DNA from: a virus
Reading direction: 5' to 3' (one strand)
Length of the DNA: 64,000 nt
IMG/VR virus record: IMGVR_UViG_2899815622_000003
Span: 1,546 to 65,545 of that record
The translations under genes were made by a program, and so were the position numbers. Within the stretch, counting starts at the first letter, position 1. Each line of letters opens with the position of its first letter. The notes below the pieces were generated by a model. The model was given only the letters and a program-made list of their open reading frames with translations. It was not told the origin of the DNA and did no database searches. This document shows positions 59,098 through 64,000 of this stretch, piece by piece.

Positions 59098-59795
59098 TCA
59101 TCATCTCCCACGGGACGGTCGGCATCATCGACCATGCGACCGCTGCTATCGAGTTCACTCTTGATGTGAGCTGTCATCGAAAGCGTTTCGCGGGGCATCT
59201 CGACGAGGGTTTTGCGGATATCGTCAACAAGGCGGCTGGTGGCATCGACAAGAGCGCCGTATTGCTTGTTGCTGAGCAACTCCTTCTCTGGCAGGTCTTC
59301 GATCCACATCTTCACGTCTTGGCGGATCATCATCGCAACGCGCCCTAGAACGAGCATCACATCCTCCGTGTGCCAGAGATCGCCCGAGGCCAGCATCACG
59401 CGGTTCCGCTGATGGGCAGAATCCCACCACATCTTGTTGACGTAGGGCGGCAGGCTCGCAGCATTCTGCTGAGCAAACCAGTCCTCAATGCTCCCGCGCG
59501 GCGGCACGAGATAGGACATGGCGGTCATGAAATCGTAGAATGGAACCTGTTTGCCGCCGTGGGTGGCCCACTTCGAAACAGGGCACTTTTCCAGTCGTTT
59601 CTGGATCTGCTTCGGCTGCTTCCCCACGACGTTGGCGATGAACATCACGCCCACGGGTTTGCGAAACTCGGTGTAATGCGGGAGGTCTTCCTGCATCTGT
59701 TTCTGCAATCGCGCTTCGGCCTCGGCTTTCGTAGGTCTGCCGCGTGGGCGGCCGGCAGGCTCTTCTCCGCCCATCAAGTCGCTGAGATCGACCAT
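59094..59795 (-). CDS. Terminase small subunit (DUF1441-like)
   Basis: LPP..NK.WWD......GDLWHTEDV; upstream of the large subunit. Confidence 0.75.
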   Translation of the reverse strand: MVDLSDLMGGEEPAGRPRGRPTKAEAEARLQKQMQEDLPHYTEFRKPVGVMFIANVVGKQPKQIQKRLEKCPVSKWATHGGKQVPFYDFMTAMSYLVPPRGSIEDWFAQQNAASLPPYVNKMWWDSAHQRNRVMLASGDLWHTEDVMLVLGRVAMMIRQDVKMWIEDLPEKELLSNKQYGALVDATSRLVDDIRKTLVEMPRETLSMTAHIKSELDSSGRMVDDADRPVGDDE

Positions 59796-59798
59796 CGA

Positions 59799-60017
59799 TC
59801 ACACCAGCAAGTCTGAAAGATCGACAGAGCGACGCGTTTTCTGCGCGATCCATCGCTCAATATCAGTCCTGTTCCACGCGGAAACCCGATGTGAAATCCG
59901 CGTCTGCGCCGGGAATGTGCCGGCTTTGACCCTGCGATAGATTTCGGCGCGCGATAACGTCGTCACCTTTGACACGTCGGTCACCCTCATGAGGCTCTCG
60001 TTCATTTGCGTCTCCAT
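59799..60017 (-). CDS. AlpA-family HTH protein (excisionase-like)
   Basis: V...T.LSRAEIYR.VK.G.FP......R..AW...DI..WI. Confidence 0.85.
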   Translation of the reverse strand: METQMNESLMRVTDVSKVTTLSRAEIYRRVKAGTFPAQTRISHRVSAWNRTDIERWIAQKTRRSVDLSDLLV

Positions 60018-60211
60018 TAGTCTCGTTTAAAGTGATATTCACTCTTTACGTGAAATTCAAGAGTCGATATGAGTAATTCTGTGAGACGAGCTGCGCTCTG
60101 AAGAAACTAAGCCGATGGAGGTCGCCATGTGAACGGCGGCTAAAGCCCGCCACCGCAGACCCCGGCTCCGAGGGTGAAATCGGGCGATGAACTTAAGCGA
60201 GACGACGCTGC

Positions 60212-62254
60212 ATGAGTGTAATTTTTACCGACATCGAGTGCTACCACGACTTCTTCTACATCGGCTTCAAGCGCGAGGAAGACGGCAAACGCGTCGGTGT
60301 CGAACTCAGTTCTCGGTCTTCAAACTACGACCGCAGATATGTGCGCTCCGTTCTGAAGAAGCACACCACCGTCGGCTACCGAAGCCTGTCGTACGACGTT
60401 CCGATGATCTGGTATTCGTTACAAGAACATGTGACCAACGCGCATCTCAAGCGTGCCAGCGATCGCCTGATCGAAGGTAACATTCAGTGGTGGGAGGCCG
60501 AAGAGTTCCTAGGGATCAATATCCCGTTCGAAGTTAAGAAACTCCATATCGACCTGTCCGAGCCCCAACCAAACGCCTTCGCTAGTTTGAAGTCCCTGAA
60601 CGGCCGAATGCAAGGCAAACAACTGCAAGATCTACCGTTCCCGCCTGACATGCATCTGACTCATGAGCAGATGGACATCGTCGCTAATTACTGCCTCCAC
60701 TCCGACCTTGATGCCACCCACAACCTCTGGAATGCGTTGCGCGAGCCGATGGAACTGCGCCGCGCACTGGGTACGGTTTACAATCGCAACTTCATGTCCA
60801 AGTCGGACAGCCAGATCGGCGAAGCGATTGTTAAAACCCGCGTCGAAGAGATCACTGGTCGCAAGGTTAAGAAGGTCGAGACCAAACCAGGTACGACGTT
60901 CAAATATCCGGTGCCAGATTGGGTCTCCTTTAGAACGCCTGCCCTTCAAGAACTTCTCGAGCGTGTCCGCGAAACAGAGTTTGTCGTCAAGGCAGACGGG
61001 AAAACAGCTTCACCAAAGTGGATGTCAACGGACGCCGCCAAGCTCAAGCTCGGTACTGAGATCTATCAGTTTGGCATCGGAGGCATCCACACCACCGAGT
61101 CCAATCGAGCAACCTTCTCAACGGACACGCACATCCTCATCGATGCCGATGTGGCATCGCAGTATCCCGCCGCCATCCTCATGCTCGGGCTTTATCCTCG
61201 GTCTTTGGGTCCGGAGTTTCTGGAAGCATACGACGGAATTCGAAGGGAGCGTCTCGCAGCCAAGAAACGCGCGAAGGAGATTGAGGAGGAACTACCGAAG
61301 GTCAACGACCCCGACAGAATTGCCGCGCTCAATCGTGAACTCGAAGAATGCAAGGTCAAGGATAAGGGCGGCAAGATTCAGTTGAACGGTGTCTATGGAA
61401 AGCTCGGCAGCCGTTACAGTATTCTTTACGCCCCCCATCTCCTTCTCTCCGTCACGATAACCTGCCAGTTGGCAATTCTCATGTTAGTAGAGCGCGCTTT
61501 GGAGGCCGGCATAAATGTCGTGAGCGGAAACACCGACGGCGTGCTCTTCCAATGCCCGCGCGAAATGTACGACGGGATCGTCAAGGATCGCCTCCAACCA
61601 TCGCTGTTGCAGAAGGTCTGCGCACAGTGGGAAGCCGACACCGGCTTCGATCTTGAGTTTGGCGAGTACAAGGCGATCTACAACCAGTCGGTCAACAGCT
61701 ACTTTGCCATCAAGATGGATGGAAAACACAAGCGCAAAGGTCCGCTCGGCAACCCGTGGAACAAGGATAAATCCGATTTCGATCCTGTTCGCGGACAGCT
61801 CATGAAGAACCCGCAGATGACGATCTGCTCCGACGCTGCGCTGGCACGGATCAAGAGTGGTACGCCGATCGAAGAGACAATCCGCGCATGCCGAGACATT
61901 CGCCAGTTCGTGACCGTCATCAAGGCTGCCAACGGTGCCACATGGCGCGACCAGTATCTTGGCAAAGCAATCCGTTACTATTGGTCGACCGACGGTGATC
62001 CGATCTACGACACTGTCCCGCACGAAACGACGGGTAACTACAAGAAAATTCCCAAGACCGACGGCGCGGCAGAATGCATGAGACTGCCTGACGATTTCCC
62101 TGACGACATTGATTATCAGCGATACATCGAAGAGACCGAGACCATCTTGAGCGACCTGGGCTTCTACGGACCGAAACCTGAAAAACTGAAGCGCATCCGG
62201 TTGACCAAGGCAAATCGCGAAGTTGTGCTTCGGACGTGGATGGTTGCCGCATGA
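60212..62254 (+). CDS. DNA polymerase, family B-type with N-terminal exonuclease
   Basis: DIECY; YC.HSDL; DADVASQYP; K.QLNGVYGK; NTDG. Confidence 0.9.
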   Translation: MSVIFTDIECYHDFFYIGFKREEDGKRVGVELSSRSSNYDRRYVRSVLKKHTTVGYRSLSYDVPMIWYSLQEHVTNAHLKRASDRLIEGNIQWWEAEEFLGINIPFEVKKLHIDLSEPQPNAFASLKSLNGRMQGKQLQDLPFPPDMHLTHEQMDIVANYCLHSDLDATHNLWNALREPMELRRALGTVYNRNFMSKSDSQIGEAIVKTRVEEITGRKVKKVETKPGTTFKYPVPDWVSFRTPALQELLERVRETEFVVKADGKTASPKWMSTDAAKLKLGTEIYQFGIGGIHTTESNRATFSTDTHILIDADVASQYPAAILMLGLYPRSLGPEFLEAYDGIRRERLAAKKRAKEIEEELPKVNDPDRIAALNRELEECKVKDKGGKIQLNGVYGKLGSRYSILYAPHLLLSVTITCQLAILMLVERALEAGINVVSGNTDGVLFQCPREMYDGIVKDRLQPSLLQKVCAQWEADTGFDLEFGEYKAIYNQSVNSYFAIKMDGKHKRKGPLGNPWNKDKSDFDPVRGQLMKNPQMTICSDAALARIKSGTPIEETIRACRDIRQFVTVIKAANGATWRDQYLGKAIRYYWSTDGDPIYDTVPHETTGNYKKIPKTDGAAECMRLPDDFPDDIDYQRYIEETETILSDLGFYGPKPEKLKRIRLTKANREVVLRTWMVAA

Positions 62255-62586
62255 CCCGTCTCGCAGTCGTCGGCAGTCGGACCTTTACAGACTTCTCCCT
62301 GCTCTGCCGCACAATCCCGCCGTACCGACCAACCCAAATCATCAGCGGCGGCTGCCCGCTTGGCGCCGACACGTTCGCAGAATGGTTTGCCGACCTTTTC
62401 GGTGTCGATGCTCTAATTTTCAAGCCGGATGGCAAGCCGGGAGGCTTTCATAGGCGGGATCGACAGATCGCGGAAGAGTGTGATCAGCTACTCGCTTTTT
62501 GGGACGGGCGCTCCCCCGGCACACGTTACACAATCAATTATGCTCGGTTCATCGAAAAGCCGGTCAACATCGTGAGGTTCAAATGA
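62251..62586 (+). CDS. SLOG/YspA-like (DUF2493) protein
   Basis: AVVGSR.F.D, IISGG..GAD.FA, LAFWDGRSPGT. Confidence 0.8.
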   Translation: MTRLAVVGSRTFTDFSLLCRTIPPYRPTQIISGGCPLGADTFAEWFADLFGVDALIFKPDGKPGGFHRRDRQIAEECDQLLAFWDGRSPGTRYTINYARFIEKPVNIVRFK

Positions 62587-62957
62587 AGCCACTCGCTGAC
62601 TTCGATTTCAACACCCGACAGATCGAAAAAAACGAAGAACTGGACGCGGTCGCCTGGGCGGAAAATAATGAATGGGTGGTCAGGAAGATCCAGTATCAGG
62701 GTCGAGTGGGGTGCCCCGACCGCCTCTTCGCGGGCTACGGCAAGTTGTTTCTTATCGAGATGAAGAAACCAGCCGCCCGCAAGCGAAAAGGCGGCGGACT
62801 ATCTGCCGGCCAAAGTGGCGAAATCAAGCGCTTCGCCGAAGTGGGTGTCAAAATCCATGTGTTCTACACGGCACAGGATGTAATCGATTTCCTCAGGCAA
62901 CATATGGGCTCAAAGAAGACCTTCAAGCAGTCGGTCTCTCTCGTCGATCTTCTTTGA
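62583..62957 (+). CDS. VRR-NUC nuclease
   Basis: GCPDRL....FLIEMK......LS..Q. Confidence 0.85.
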   Translation: MKPLADFDFNTRQIEKNEELDAVAWAENNEWVVRKIQYQGRVGCPDRLFAGYGKLFLIEMKKPAARKRKGGGLSAGQSGEIKRFAEVGVKIHVFYTAQDVIDFLRQHMGSKKTFKQSVSLVDLL

Positions 62958-64000
62958 AAGCGACTCAATCTTGTCGCTATACCACGCCATCATTTTTGTG
63001 CGCTCAGGAAGGTACAGGGCAGCGTTATACGAATCCCGTACCTCATCTTCCTCCGAGTGGGCCAATTGCATTTCGATGGCGTCCTCTCGCCACAACGCCG
63101 ACTCGTTCGCGATGGTGGAAAAAGTTCCGCGGAACCCGTGAACGGTCGCGCGCTTATGGTAACCCAGTCGGTAGAGGCAATAGAGCATCGTATTCGATGA
63201 GATCGGCTGTCCGTCGTTTATTGCACTAGGCACGACAAGATCGCTATCGCCAGCGATTTCCCTGAGTTCATCGAGCAACTGAATAGCCCGATCGCTCAAA
63301 GGGACAAAGTGCTCCTTTTTCATTTTCATCCGCTCTTCCGGAACGCGCCACAGGCGTCGCTTCATGTCGAACTCCGACCATGTCGCAAAGCGGAACTCCT
63401 TTGTTCGAACCGCCGTGTGAAGAACAAACTCGACAGCCAGTGCAGTTTGTCTATCACCATCGTAGTTACGCAAGCGTTTCAGGAATTCAGGTAAATCCTC
63501 TTCGCGAATGGCTGGTCGGTGTTTGGTTTTTGGCTTCGCCTCCATCGCATCGACCAGTGTAGCCGATGGGTCCACCTTCGCCATTTCAGAGGCTATCGCG
63601 TACCGGAAAACGCCGCTGACATATTGCCTGACGCGGCGAGCAAGATCGAATTTCCCCTCACCTTCAATAGTTCGAAGCAACTTGAGGACATCGCTGGAAG
63701 GTACTCTCTCAACACTCATCTCTCCGATGAAAGGAAAAACTCGATCTTCCATGCGGTTCCAAATAATACCGGCGTAGGTCTCATCCCACCGTTTTTTACG
63801 AGCATCCCACCACTTCTTCGCCACGGCCTTGAAGACGCGCTCAGGATCGTCGCCACCGGCCAAGGCAGGATCTCGCCCGAAGGCCAAGTGTTCCTTCGCT
63901 TTCTCCCTCGCTTCGCGCGCCTCCGCCAACGACACGGCCGGGTAAGCTCCGATCGACAGAGTTTTTTGCTTGCCCGAAAACTGGTAGTTCAATCGCCAGA
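62910..64000 (-). CDS. int: Tyrosine integrase, P4-like with arm-binding domain (5' end outside window)
   Basis: LSIGAYPAVSLAEAR; TAVRTKE; MK..H.VPLS; HGFR; QLAH; YN...Y. Confidence 0.95.
   Translation of the reverse strand, partial: WRLNYQFSGKQKTLSIGAYPAVSLAEAREAREKAKEHLAFGRDPALAGGDDPERVFKAVAKKWWDARKKRWDETYAGIIWNRMEDRVFPFIGEMSVERVPSSDVLKLLRTIEGEGKFDLARRVRQYVSGVFRYAIASEMAKVDPSATLVDAMEAKPKTKHRPAIREEDLPEFLKRLRNYDGDRQTALAVEFVLHTAVRTKEFRFATWSEFDMKRRLWRVPEERMKMKKEHFVPLSDRAIQLLDELREIAGDSDLVVPSAINDGQPISSNTMLYCLYRLGYHKRATVHGFRGTFSTIANESALWREDAIEMQLAHSEEDEVRDSYNAALYLPERTKMMAWYSDKIESLSKKIDERDRLLEGLL

Larger units (their letters stand above)
1..64000. mobile_element. Temperate siphovirus/prophage (Chi-like gene set, lambda-type head), incomplete at both window edges
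   Basis: Continuous phage content: terminase, portal, capsid, tail, lysis, primase, polymerase, tyrosine integrase; no host housekeeping operons. Confidence 0.95.

Noticed and set aside
1..64000. tRNA/rRNA genes and att sites
   Set aside because: None recognised by eye; att sites probably lie just outside the window because the integrase and helicase are truncated at the edges

Overview
The whole window is one temperate siphovirus, probably an integrated prophage of an alphaproteobacterial (Rhizobiaceae-like) host judging from the GapR-like and RcGTA-spike-like genes. It has a Chi-like gene set with a lambda-type head, and it is cut at both window edges (helicase on the left, integrase on the right). 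From left to right: a leftward replication arm (SNF2 helicase, DEDD exonuclease, C5 methyltransferase, DUF2815 SSB, DUF2800 nuclease); a divergent HTH gene and Prim-Pol/VirE primase-helicase; an iteron-rich origin and a predicted lambda-like cos (about 9.6 kb); about 20 kb of rightward accessory genes (HerA-like ATPase, GNAT toxin-antitoxin pair, DnaA-domain-IV protein, TAXI-like protein, ParB-like protein, ThyX, nucleotide hydrolases, GapR, amino-MTase); a leftward lysis, tail, head and terminase operon; an oppositely oriented family-B polymerase/VRR-NUC block; and a P4-type integrase. The most striking observations are: (1) a cytosine MTase written in two fully overlapping ~540-codon frames, the second carrying motif IX and seven tandem TRD-like modules; (2) a shared acidic di-leucine peptide tag (VDLSDLL / DDLLV) on about a dozen unrelated proteins; (3) a 23-bp operator-like palindrome found about 25 times genome-wide; and (4) a cos-proximal block of distinct composition that ends in a membrane-anchored HerA-like ATPase. 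Family assignments come from motif recognition by eye; no database searches were run.
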